64,000 nt of DNA, from assembly GCF_009914755.1 (NCBI RefSeq), contig NC_060931.1; one strand, written 5' to 3'. Made by a program: the position numbers and the translations under genes. The DNA is from the human T2T-CHM13v2.0 reference genome, Homo sapiens. The notes beneath the pieces were generated by a model, which searched no databases, was not told where the DNA came from, and was given only the letters and a program-made list of their open reading frames with translations. Shown in pieces: positions 24,192 to 38,399 of this stretch. Position 1 is the stretch's first letter, and each line of letters opens with the position of its first letter.

Positions 24192-24344
24192 CTGAGTGGA
24201 AAAGCAGGGAACACAAAGTTGGACTGATCCAAAGCGTCATATCAAAAAGTGACATTAAAATTTAGCAAAATTTTTTTTTTTTTGCTAAATTATTGCAGTC
24301 AACCAACCCATGGCTGGAAACATTAAAGATTTAATTCAGCAAGA

Positions 24345-24960
<616 letters not shown>

Positions 24961-26340
24961 AATGAATGGGGAGCTATCATCAGTAATCTTTGAAAGAAGA
25001 TGAAGAACCAGATGTCAGTGGGAGATTAAAACAAAGTAATGTTGACCCAAAGAGAGAAAAACCAAATTCTAGGAACTACATCTTAAACGTGAATTCTCAG
25101 TAGCACTATAACCTGTCATTTCAAATTTTTGAGCTACATAGGACATGAAAAGCATGGAAAAAGCCAGGCCAAAGTAATCTCATTTCCTTTTTAAACAAAC
25201 TAGTAGTACAAACAAGTAGTACATTCTGATTTCAGAAAGCATTCAATACCGTTTCTCATGAGGCTTCAGGTAATAAGCCACAATTATCATGAGTCACTCT
25301 CACAAAAAGACTCTTGCAGGCAAATAAGGCAAATGGAGAAATACAGTCTGGATGACAGCATAAGTGGATCAGTGGCTGGTTAAACATCCATATTCACACT
25401 GTGATGATTATTGGAGCAATGTCAATTTGGATTACAAGTCTCCAGAGGTAACATTTACAGGGCTTTGTCTTGTAACCTCTTCTGTATTTATGTAAACATC
25501 TTGCATATAAATAAACAAAGGACTGCTTATATATTCGAAGGTGGAACTGAGTCCAACTGAATAACTCATCTCTGATACCAAATATGCATTTAAAAGATCC
25601 CCAGAAGAAATTCTAGTTCCTCTCGTGGAATTCCATATTATACTGTTCATACTATCATAGAAATCATCCTCTATTAACTCTTTATATTTTTCTCTCCCAA
25701 GATACATAGGTTTCTATAAATTTTGCATTTAGGTAAAGAAAAAAACTGTACATTACAGAATGGAGAGATCTGTAGTTGACCACAGCACAAATATAAGCCA
25801 ACAGTGTACAGTTGCTGAAAATCATAGTGTGGAATTCTGCTTCTAGCCAAGATGGAGTAACAGAGAGGATTTACAATCCTACTTGAAATACCAAAAAATG
25901 GACAAAATATATGAAACAACAGATTTCAGAACATGAGACATCAGGCAACAAAAGATGGTGATCCCATAGAGATAGGAAACACTTAAGGTGAGCCCTCCCA
26001 TTACCTCGGCTTACTGTCTTGAAACCTTCCAGGCCATGTAGCAAAGAGAGACGACCCAAGCGAAGCCCAGTGGACTCTTGAGTTTGGAAAATGCAACAGA
26101 GCCTGGGGAGACAAAGGTGGCTACAGTTTGCAGGATTGAAAGCTAGAGAGATGAAACCTACAAAGAGACTCCAAGAGTCTACAGCGGATTTCTCTCAAGT
26201 ATTTGCCCAAGTACTGTTCAGCACATTCACAAGAGAAACACTACCCAAGGATGGGAAAGAACCATTTTTGGAAGACTAGACATTTAGAGAAGAAACAATT
26301 ACTGAACTTGAAGACACAGTGATAGAAACTATCCCAAATG

Positions 26341-26645
26341 GGATGGGCATGGTGGCTCACACCTGTAAATCCCAGCACTTTGGGAGGCCAAGGCGGGTGG
26401 ATCACCTGAGGTCAGGAGTTCGAGAACAGTCTGACCAACATGGTGAAACCCTGTCTCTACTAAAAATACAAAAATTAGCCAGGTGTGGTGGCGCATGCGT
26501 GTAATCCCAGCTACTCGGGAGGCTGAGGCAGGAGAATCACTTGAACTCAGGAGGAGGAGGTGGTGAGCCAAGACCACACCACTGCACCCCAGACTGGGCA
26601 ACAAGAGTGAAACTCCATCTCAAAAAAAAAAAAAAAAAAAGAAAC
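26341..26645 (+). mobile_element. AluS
   Basis: TSD agaaactatcccaaatg. Confidence 0.9.
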
Positions 26646-26999
26646 AAAGAAACTATCCCAAATGAAAAGAGGGAGAGAGGAAGGGAAGGACTGAGGAAGG
26701 GAAGGACTGGGGGTAATGCCTGATGCTTACAGCAGGCTGAGAATTGTACCTGTTTCTGCTAGTCAGACTAGAAATCTAAAGATGCACAAGGCATTAGGTA
26801 GACTACATAGAAGTGTTTTGCCTCAACAGTGAAGAATAATTAGCCCTATACTGAGCCGGCTCTTGTCTCACCTAAGAAGCCATAAAAGTGAGATATAAAG
26901 CTCATATTATTTCAAAGTAACTTAACCTTGTCCCAGGGGAAAAAAAAAAAAAAAAAAAGCTTAAAACTGTTTATAAGAGTGTTTATATAAAAATATCCA

Positions 27000-27320
27000 G
27001 GCCAGGCACCGTGGCTCAAGTCTGTAATCCCAGCACTTTGGGAGGCCAAGGTGGGCAGATCAGGAGGTCAGGAGATAGAGACCATCCTGGCTAACACGGT
27101 AAAACCCTATCTCTACTAAAAATACAAAAAATTAGCCAGGCGTGGTAGTGGCAGCCAGTTACTCAGGAGGCTGAGGCAGGTGAATTACTTGAGGCAGGAG
27201 AATCGCTTGAACCTGGGAGGCAGAGGTTGCAGTGAGCCAAGATCACGCCACTGCGCTCCGGCCTGGGCAACAGAGTGAGACTCCGTCTCAAAATAAATAA
27301 ATAAATAATAAAAATAAAAA
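27000..27320 (+). mobile_element. AluSc/Y-like
   Basis: Alu dimer. Confidence 0.9.
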
Positions 27321-28562
27321 TACCCAGTACCTAATAAGGTAAAATTAGGTCTGACATCCAATCAAAGATATGAAGCATGCAAACAGACAGGAAAACATGA
27401 TGAATGAGGGAAAAAAATCCATCGATCCAAGCTGATCCAAAAATGACAAAGACATTAGCAGATTAGGACATTAAAACAGTTATAACTGTATTCTATAGGC
27501 TCAAAAAGGTAATAGATGTGGAAAATATAAAAAGACCCAAACTGAACTTCTAGAAATGAAAACTACAATGTCTAAGTTGAAAAACCTATTATATAGGATT
27601 AATGGAAGATGAGACATTACAGAAGAAAAGATAACTGAACTTGAAAACATAGCAATAGAAACTATCCAAAATGAAAAGTGAGACAGAAGAAAGAACTTTT
27701 TTTAAATGAATAGAACATGAGTGAGTTGTGGGTCAAATTCAAGCAGATTATTACATATATAACTGTAGTCTTCTAGGAAGCAAGTGGGTGGGTGGGGAGG
27801 AGAATATTTGAAGAAATAATGGCCAAAATTTGTCCGAATTTCATGAAGACCATAAATCCACAAAACCAAGACACTCGACAAAACCCAAATAAAAGAAACA
27901 TGAAGAAAACTAAACTGAGGCACATTATAATTAAATTGCTCAAAATCAGCATTAAGAGAAAATCTTCCAAGTAGCAGGAGGTTGGGAGAAGGAGGATCCT
28001 ATTTAAAGGAACAAACAAAAGGTTGACTGCTGAACTCTAATCAGAAGCAATGTGAGCAAGAGGACAGTGCAGTAACATCTGTAAAGTACTGAAAGAAAAA
28101 ACAGCTGTCAACCTACAATTCTATATCCAGCAAAAAATTACTGAACTTGAAGACACAGTGATAGAAAATGAAGGCAAAGTAAAGCCATTTTCAGATATAC
28201 GAAAGCTGAAAGAATTCATCACTAACAAACCTGCACTATGAGAGATCTTCAAAAAGTCCTTGGAGTCGCCACAGGTAAGTTTAAATTAGAAAAAAAAAAA
28301 ACAAAAAACAAGTAGTCCTTCAGGCAGATGGAAAAGGATACCAGACGGAACACAGACCTACATGAATAGAACATGGTAACTACATGAGTACTGAAAATGG
28401 TAACTACATAAAGTAAATATGTGAGATTCTAAGATTCTAAGTATATAAATCTTTAGTACATAATTAAATAGATGTTTTGATTGAGTTAGATATAAAAACA
28501 GATATTTTTGTTGAAGAAAAAATAATAATAAAGTGTAGGCTTTAGAGCATACGTAAAACACT

Positions 28563-28720
28563 CAGTGTGGTGGCTTACACCTGTAGTCTCAGCTATTCAG
28601 GGGGCTGAGGCAGAAGGATTCCTTGAGCCCAGGAGTTCAAGGCTACAGCGAGCCATGATCATACCACTGCACTCCAGCCTAGGCAAAAGAGCAAGACCTG
28701 ACTCAACCAAAAAACAAAAG
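28563..28720 (+). mobile_element. Alu right monomer (FRAM-like)
   Basis: Monomer. Confidence 0.8.
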
Positions 28721-28861
28721 TAAAAGTAAAATGTGTGATAAAAATTACATACAGGTTAAGAAAGAAATAATGGAAGTATAGTACTGTACGGTTCTTCTAC
28801 ACATTAAGTGAGATAACATCACTCAAAGATATACTATGAAATGATAAAGTAGTATGGTGTA

Positions 28862-29114
28862 GGCCAGGTGCAGTGGCTCACACCTGTAATCCCAGCACTT
28901 TGGGAGGCTGAGGTGGCAGATCACTTGAGGCCAGGAGTTCAAGACCAGCATGGCCAACATGGCGAAAAAATTAGCTGAGCATGGTGACATATGTCTCTAG
29001 TCCCAGCTGCTCAGGAGGCTGAGGCAGGAGAATCACTTGAACCCAGGAGGCAGAGGTTACAGTGAGCCAAGATTATGCCACCGCACTCCAGACTGGGTGA
29101 GAGAGACTCTGTCT

Positions 29115-29145
<31 letters not shown>
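28862..29145 (+). mobile_element. AluS
   Basis: Alu dimer with a long A tail. Confidence 0.9.
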
Positions 29146-29149
<4 letters not shown>

Positions 29150-29977
29150 TATAGTGTAAAACCTTGGGCAACTATTAACAAAAATGTTATTGCTAGTAAG
29201 CAAACAAAATATAAAATAGAGCCACTTTTTAAAAATGAATTTGAAAGAACACAGAAAAACAGGAAAAGGGAAATAAAAAAGCAGATGAAATAGAAAATAG
29301 CAAGATAAATTTAAATCTATAATGAAATCACATTAATATAATCTACCCTAATTAAAATATAGACATAGATATTAAAATACAAATATATATATATATTTCT
29401 CTAGTGTACCAGACCGACAGTTTCTTGAAGCAGATATAGTTTCCTGTGTTTCTCTGCATTGCCAGAACTGTCACGTAAAAGGCCTCTCATAAATATAGAG
29501 GGGAAGTGGGGAGGGGGAAGAAGGAAAGGAGGTCGGTCTACTGATTCCCATTTTACTACTCTTTCCTCCACAGGAAACTAATATTATTAATCATTCATGC
29601 AACTATAACCTCCTTAATAAGGTAAGACCACAAAAATCCAGATACGATACCTCTACATAAACACTTCTAATTAACCCAGTCTCATATCATATAAGCTTTT
29701 CTAGGCATTTTTAATAGCTTTCCCAATGACAGCACTTTTGATCTGTGAACTTGACCCACACTGATAGTAATATCCCAATAAACCAAGAAAAAAGGTAACT
29801 CACTGGTGCAGGCAGCCAACAGAAGCGATCCACAGAAGTAAGAAGGTAAATCTTTAGACTGTTATATCTGCCACTATGAACAGCTGCTGAGCTAATTAGA
29901 GAGAGACTTCATTCTAGGTATCAAATGAGAATGCCTAAGACTATAGTCATATAACAACAATTCTTGAAGATTTTCAC

Positions 29978-30095
29978 CTTGTTTAGTAAGGGCTTCTCGG
30001 AGAGCAGGAGTTATCATAGCTCTTCTTTCACCATCTTCATTCCTCCCCATGTTCCTGAACAAACCAGACTTCTCTTCCTGCTGTTCCTTTTCTCT
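29978..30095 (-). CDS. TYW1B: TYW1-family (most likely TYW1B) internal coding exon, 118 nt, phase 0-1: REKEQQEEKSGLFRNMGRNEDGERRAMITPALREALTKQ(G)
   Basis: Acceptor ttttattttaatgcag|AGA and donor CAAG|gtgaaa. 39 codons + 1 nt; the peptide continues the TYW1 sequence from the previous exon. Confidence 0.88.
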
Positions 30096-30195
30096 CTGCA
30101 TTAAAATAAAAGAATGAAATCCAGAATTGGCAATGTGCAATGTAAATAACAGCACAATCATGAACACCTAGCATCAATAAAAAGGTCCATTATGA

Positions 30196-30504
<309 letters not shown>

Positions 30505-30721
30505 TTAAAATTGTTTTAAAAAAGGGCTGTTATGAACCATGGCCCACAAAACCCATCCTCTGCAAAGTGAACACAATCCCAATGAGACAACAATCTAAAG
30601 ACATGCCAGGATGCTCTTTTGTTAAGTAACTATATATTCAAACATACACATCCAAAAACCATAAATCTACAATTCACTTAACTAAGTGTCAAACATTTTC
30701 AGCAATCTGAGTACAGATAGC

Positions 30722-30890
30722 TGCCTAACTTTAGCAAGTTGTTTATTTTCTCTGAATTTCAATTTCCTCACCTGAAAAGGGGGAAAAATAATAATAGCAA
30801 CAGAGAAGAAATATGTTGAAGGTTAAATGAAATAAAATCACAGCACAACACCTGATGTACAATAGGCGTTCAACAAATTATAGCTGCTGC
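30722..30890 (+). mobile_element. MIR
   Basis: tctctgaatttcaatttcctcacctgaaaagggg core. Confidence 0.6.
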
Positions 30891-30907
30891 TGGTATTACA
30901 TCTCTAA

Positions 30908-31257
<350 letters not shown>

Positions 31258-31996
31258 TAGAAGATCCTATGCAGGATATTTTTCTTCAGTGATAGAAAAA
31301 GAAACACTTAAGAAATCCAAAGGATAATATAAAAATAATTGTGTTTCCTGTTGACTTTGGCCACCAGGAAATTTCACCAGCACACCTTTAATTACTGTTA
31401 CAAAACCTTGCAGCATGCTGGTCTTCTATTCATTGTAACTGGCTTGATATGACAAGATGACCCTCATTCACTCTGTCCACTGATTTCTTCTTCTCTTTTA
31501 AAAGTTTATTTGTGTATATTTTTAAGGATATCTCCCTATCTTTTTGGGAATGGCAGAGTGCTGAGTAATAATTTCAGAGACAACACACGAGATCTGTGTT
31601 ACACTTTAGGGGAGATACTCATCAAATCTTACTGACAGCTGCAGAAATTCACAATAACTCATCCAGGCAGTGGCCCTACCACCAAGCCCCAGCCCACCCT
31701 TGGTCCCTGTCTATTTTAAATGTCCAGCCATCCAGCCCCCAGGTGAATAAGTGAATGGACTCACTGTAACACCATTTCTACTTTAACATGAGAATATCTC
31801 ACAGATGAGGTCTGACATTTGCTTCAAACTAAAACAGAAAGGGGTATACAAAGGGTACCTAGGGGAGGATGGCCCATAAGTTGCTGGTTGATGAGGCCAG
31901 GCAATAGGTAATAAGAATTCACTATATCACTCTGTGTACTTTTGAGAACATTTGATGTCTCCCATATATAAAACAGATTAAAAATTTTAACACGTG

Positions 31997-32300
<304 letters not shown>

Positions 32301-33636
32301 TTAACACTCACAGAAAGTAAGTGAAATTTGGAGTCAATATCTCTACATTCTCTGTTACTTCAGGGACTTGCTCTGAAATAGGAGATCAGTGAAAAAAGTA
32401 CTTTAGAGAATCAAATGTACCAAATGAGAAAAAAAAAAAAAAAGCCGCATTAAGTCCTATCTGTCCTAAAAGTCAGCATTCCAAATTACTAAATATAATC
32501 AAAATGCAAGGCAAATGAACATTTTTGCTTCCAGTAATAGGGTTCTTAATTACACATTACTGGATGGAGCTGAAAAAATTCATAAACAAACATCAATCAT
32601 TTGTTCTTATAATAAATGTAATTAGCTTAATGCTAGGCCTTTTATACAAATAAAAAGGCTCCAGTTATTATTTTGTTAAGATAGTTTAAAATAGAAGGAA
32701 TCCTTTGCCTTTTGTTTTCTGAGATGAGGTCTCGCTATGTCGCCCAGGCTGGTCTCAAACTCCTGGGCTCAAGCGATCCTCCCGCCTCAGCTACCCAAGT
32801 AGTTTGCTTTGTTTTTTTTAATCTAAAAGCAAAGGTGTGAGCTTGATAAAGAAGTCTTGTGGTGAAGCAAAATGAACAAATCTCAACCTTGAAAGCATTT
32901 GAATTCTCTGAAGCAATTCTATATAGCGAGTCTCTATAATTCCTCTACAAATCATGTAAAAAATTGAAAAGACATGGCAGTATTTGCCCTCAAAAGCCTT
33001 GTCACCACAAAACATCACAAGCTTATTTGCTTAACCCAAAGGCCAGATAAATCCAAAACTGGACCGAGGTCCATGACACTGGCCTCTGACCACTATGCCC
33101 AAAGCTCCACAGACACCCTCTTGGGGTTTTAAACAGAGACTTCTGGCCCCTACAAAATGAACAGACTCCAAAGGACGGCCATGGAATACTGTCTCTGTCC
33201 CTTCACTAGAGAAAGTATCTATTATAAAATGTGAGTGTTGCAACCCCAGAGTCAGTCATAAGGGCTATGATTAAAGGTCTTGAGCACTCAGGACAAACAA
33301 AATTCATCACTCCTTCCCTCTAAGGCAGCTCACTCCTAACCTCCATATGCAGTAGTAATTTCGTTTCTGAAAAGAAATGTAATGGTTTATAACACTCCGC
33401 AAGGGAGTTTAATGCACCATTCAAATTCTAACTCTAATCTGCTAGGTGCAGACATTGTTTACTCTCTGCCCAGAATGTAACAATATAACAACCATGTAAG
33501 ATCCATATATTTTTGTGTATTTATTCATTTATAGCTGTTACATGGCCTAAACAGAAATAAATAAGATCCCAGAATCAGCCAACCTTGATTTCTTCCTCTC
33601 CTGTACCATCCCATTTAAAGATGAGTGGCCAAGTTC

Positions 33637-34176
33637 TGTAACCACATAACTAGCCCAATCTGGTTCAATTATGTGCAGTAAACTAGTAAGTTGTATTTCA
33701 GTTGCCATGAACCCCCAGGTTGTAGGTCAGGTAACTCGAGCACAGATGAACCCAGTGTGCCCAACGCGTGATACCAGAGGCAATCAGAACTAAAAAGTCA
33801 ACCACAAGCAGAACCAAAGGGCTCCGATCAGGGAAAAGAAAGAATTAAGAAGCAAGCCTCGGCATCACCTCAGGGCATGAGCCAATCAGATCATGTCTTG
33901 GCATCACCCCACGGCATGCTCCAATCAAATCACACCTCCTGGCGTCACTTCGTTGCAAGATCCAATCAGATCACACTTCACTAATTATATTGCCTCATGG
34001 TAATCCCTCTGCCTATAAAACCTGCCCCAGCCTCCAGCTCAGGGAGACAGATTTGAGTGTTTCTTCCTATCTCCTTGCCAGTCGACTCCCAATAAAGCCT
34101 TTCTTTTTTCAAAAGCCAGTGCCACAGTATTGGCTTCTATACACATCCAGCAGTGAGCCCATTGCCCAGTAAAACA
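33637..34176 (+). mobile_element. Solo ERV1 LTR, MER84-like
   Basis: TGTAACC...AACA termini, TSD gttc, three CCAAT repeats, TATAAAA at 34014, AATAAA at 34091. Confidence 0.8.
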
Positions 34177-34568
34177 GTTCTAGGGTTTCATTTCCCAACA
34201 TAACTGTTCTCTCCACCTACAATGCCACCGTTCTTGTCCACGGTCTTGCTTTCTCCTAAGGGACGACGGCAAAAGCCAAACTAAATGGCCTCCCTGTCTC
34301 CAACCTCTACTTCCACTCCTCCCATCTCCCATACCCATCACACTTGCGTTGAAAGAAAACTCATATCCTCGCCAAGCTGCAGTGGTCTGACATGCAAACA
34401 GGAAAGTCAATTATGAGCTAACTTCCTAAGCACTTATGAAAATGGCAATGAATACACAAAACATTCTTTATAAACTGACAGGACTACATGAATCTTATAG
34501 AATAACAGGTATAAAGCAGTGTTACTAATGTTTTTTATTTGTTTTTGTTTTAAATATCATATAATACT

Positions 34569-34880
34569 GGTTGGATGCAGTGGCTCATGCCTGTAAACCC
34601 AGGACTTTGGGAGGCCAAGGCAGGAAGACTGGTTGAGCCGAGGAGTTGGAAACCAGCCTGGGCAACATAGTGAGATCCCAGCTCTACAAAAAAAAATTTT
34701 TTTTAATTAGCCAGGTGTGGTGGCACGTGCCTGTCATCCGAGCCACTTGGGAGGCTGAGGTGGCAGAATCACTTGAGCCCAGGAGTTCAAGGCTGTGGTG
34801 AGCTATGATCACACCACTGCACTCTAGCCTGGGTTACAAAGCAAGACCCTGTCTCTAAAAATAAAAAAATTTAAAAAAAA
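34569..34880 (+). mobile_element. AluJ
   Basis: Alu dimer. Confidence 0.9.
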
Positions 34881-35160
34881 TCATACAATACCACTTAATT
34901 CATTTTGATACCATCATCCCAGAAACCACAGTACCATCCAATTTTGCCTAGGATAAAAACAAGGCCGAAAACTGATTTGCTGAAGACTTTAAGGTAAAAT
35001 GCTATACAGTCGGAAACTGATAAACAGGAGTTTTACAACAAACAAGATTTTCTTACCAAAACATACATTTCTCCTGGGAAAGAGTCTTTCTGATTGTTTG
35101 ATCCTTTTTTACCATCAGGTGATTCCTTTTCTTATCAATTCCTATAGAAAAGGTTGACTA

Positions 35161-35455
35161 GGCCAGTTGTGGTGGCTCACGTCTGTAATCCTAGCACTTT
35201 GGGAGGTGGAGGTGGGTGGATCACCTGAGGTCAGGAGTTTGAGACCAGTCTGGCCAACATGGCAAAACCCCATTTCTACTAAAAATACAAAAATTAGCCA
35301 GGCATGGTGGCAAAGGCCTATAATTTCAGCTACTGGGGAGGCTGAGGCACGAGAATCACTTGAATCCAGGAGGCAGAGGTTGCAGTGAGCCGACATGGTG
35401 CCACTGCACTCCAGCCTGGGCAACAGACTCTGTCTCAAAGAAAAGAAAAAGAAAA
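35161..35455 (+). mobile_element. AluS
   Basis: Alu dimer. Confidence 0.9.
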
Positions 35456-35682
35456 GATTGGCTATAGAATGCCCAAATTCTCCAGAGGTCATTTTTCTAG
35501 ACAGTTAACCTGGCTAGACCTGGAGCCATGCCAGCACAGGATGGGCATTCAGTAAATGTTGGCTGAATAAATGAAGAAATGCCTCAAAACTATCAGACAG
35601 CTATTTCTAGACCCAGACATTTAGACCACATTTCTTTCAGTAACTAATTCTAAACCTGGTAACTTTCAATATTAAAAACTCA

Positions 35683-35970
35683 GGTCGGACGTGGTGGCTC
35701 ACGCCTGTAATCCCAGCACTTTGGGAGGCTGAGGCGGGCAGATCACTTGAGGTCAGGAGTTCGAGAACAGCCTGGCCAACATGATGAAACCCATCTCTTC
35801 TGAAAATACAAAAATTAGCCGGGCGTGGTGGCATGCGCTTGTGGTCCCAGCTATTCAGGAGGCTGAGGCAGAAGAATCACTTGAACCTAGCAGGCGGAGG
35901 TTGCAATGAGCCAAGATCACACCTGGGCAACAAAGCAAGACTTCATCTCAAAAAAAAAAAAAAAAAAGAA
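35683..35970 (+). mobile_element. AluS
   Basis: Alu dimer. Confidence 0.9.
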
Positions 35971-36889
35971 ACTTTTATTCATGTTTAATTATACATGAAG
36001 TAGAATTTTAATATTAATCTAAACTAATAAAAATTATATCACTGAAAAGGAGTCACGGTAAAAAAATTAAGTAAATTATTAATATTTAATAACTTTTGCT
36101 GCAATTTAACCCCACATTTAGATTCCTATTTCTTTAATAAATGAATCTCTAAGATATCACTCACTGGTCACGGTTCAGTTTTAAAATGACCAATTTTCAC
36201 CATTACTCAAAGCTTTTGTATATACTGAGTTCTAAAAATGCCTTTTGAACTGGTGGAAAAGCAGCGTGCCCAAGCACGTCAAGAGCTTTACTCTGACACA
36301 GTAATTCTATTTTGGATAACCTACCTTAAGAAGACAACATGGGGACTCATTGTTAAGTGCTCCTAGCTACAGAGACCATGGTGAGTCAAGATGGTTTAAG
36401 GGCAGCGTATTGGGGTTGAAAGGATATCACCTCTTGTTTCTAGGTGAAGTAAACACTCCAAAGCCTTAAAAATAATTCTGAAACTAGCTTCCTGTTATTC
36501 CACTGCAATACCAACAGAACTTTATAATCAGAACTGGACATACTGAGATCCTTCTGCAATTTAAATAGCTGGCAAATGGAAATGTTTCTCCAGTGAGTAA
36601 CTGTCAAGCATTTGCCATTTATTTCCAAAATTAATGATGCTGATGTTAGTCTTTGTCTGCTTAGCCAGAACATTGCTGTGGGGAGTATTTAGCAACATTT
36701 ATTTACTGCAGAAAAAAAAAAAAAGTAGCAATAGGCTTTACATTTACAAATCACAACATAAGAGAAAGAGAAAATAAACAATATAAAAATTATCAGGCTC
36801 CTCCTGACTCATGGTTCTCTAAACACTACAGCTTCTGAGAACCACTCCTCCCTGGGGAAGCAGCCAAGAGGAGTGACACAGACAGATGG

Positions 36890-37040
36890 AGTCCAGGCTT
36901 GAGGCTGTCAACTTACCAGCCATCTGATGATGGACAAATTGCTTAAACTAAGCCTCAGTTGCTATCTGTTAAATGGTAAATTGCAGATGATAATAGTTTG
37001 ATCATCTCAAGGTCACTGTGAGGATTGAGTGAGATAATCT
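36890..37040 (+). mobile_element. MIR
   Basis: aagcctcagttgctatctgttaaatgg core. Confidence 0.5.
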
Positions 37041-37061
37041 AGTTATGTATTTTGATTTCTC

Positions 37062-37365
37062 CTTTTTTCCTTTATTCTTTGAGACAGGGTTGTCTCAGGC
37101 TGTTGCCTAGGCTGGAGTACAGAGGCGCAATCTCGGCTCACTGAAACCTCCATCTCTCAGGCTCAAGCGATTCTCCTGCCTCAGTCTCCCGAGTAGCTGG
37201 GATTACAGGCATGTGCCACCACATCCCGCTAACTTTTGTATTTTTAGTAGAAATAAGGTTTCACCATGTTTGCCAGGCTGATCTTGAACTCCAGACCTCA
37301 GGTGATCCACCAGCCTCAGCCTCCCAAAGCACTGGGATTACAGGCATAAGCCACTGCGCCCGGCC
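37062..37365 (-). mobile_element. AluS
   Basis: Antisense Alu. Confidence 0.9.
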
Positions 37366-37824
37366 TCCTAATATTTTAAACCTACACTGGAACTCTCCTC
37401 TCTCCCCACACCCCCTAACCCATTCTCCAATTCAATCAAATCACATTGCCTCCCACTGCCTTCAGGAGAAAGCTCAGCCCCCTCCACTGCAGGACTTGAG
37501 AAGCCTCTAGGATCCTACCCCATCTTCCTTCTCTATGTCACAGCTCCAAATATCCCTACCCCCCAGTCAACTCTAGGCACACCAAACTGTTTAGGGTTCC
37601 CCAAACATGCCACCCCTAACACCCCACTCCCCCCATATCTCCATCTGTCTCCCTAACATTCCAGTGTTTCAAACTTTAGTGCTCTAGTTCTTAGAAACCA
37701 CTCTCATACTTCAAATTATCTTCAGTCCTAGAAGAAGTCTTAGATAGTACTACAGAGAGAGGGAGGTAGAATACCAAGGTGGTGTTTTGGTAGGACCAAA
37801 TCTATCCTATTTGAAGACATATTC

Positions 37825-38055
37825 TTATATAAGTTAATTATTAATTATTATAGTTAATATATTCTAATTCTAATTATATTGGAATAGTTAATATATATTC
37901 TAATTCTAATTATATATATTAATATATAATTATATTAAATTAAAGTTATATTCTAATTCTAATTATATAATTCTAATATAATTATATAATTAATTCTAAT
38001 ATAATTAGAATTAGAATATACTATTATTATATAAAAAATATATTAACTACTATAC
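37825..38055. repeat. AT-rich low-complexity quasi-palindromic repeat
   Basis: 22-mer tatattctaattctaattatat three times direct and once inverted. Confidence 0.9.
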
Positions 38056-38399
38056 AAGAAAATACAGTGTGGCTGGATTAACTTCTTTAATCTACATAAG
38101 AACTTTATAAGGCAGATACCGTTATCTCTCACATTCCAAATGAGAAAACAGAAGCACAGAGGGGTAAAATAATTTGTCCAGATACACAAGCTGAGATGTA
38201 TGACTCCATGAAAGTTAGTGAATATTACTCAAAAACCAGTCTTACAATGACAGTGCTTCGGCCCAACTCTTAAGCACTGGCACATACTACTTCCCTCGAC
38301 AGTAACAACTAAGGCAATTTCATGTGGTGTGTCATGGATGATCATGCGGAAAGCACTCAGGGAATGTGTGAGCCAGCCCCAAAGAAAATGCCAGAAAAA

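Larger units (their letters stand above)
25835..29360 (+). mobile_element. Old L1M 5'UTR/ORF1 region with Alu insertions
   Basis: cttctagccaagatggagtaac 5' end; ORF1 remnant RRIFEEIMAKICPNFMK...LRHIIIKLLK. Confidence 0.75.

Noticed and set aside
25432-25707. 91-aa non-Alu ORF on the minus strand
   Set aside because: No recognisable homology or convincing exon boundaries; within chance expectation.
27792-27974. ORF with L1 ORF1p similarity
   Set aside because: Short remnant of a decayed L1; not a functional element.
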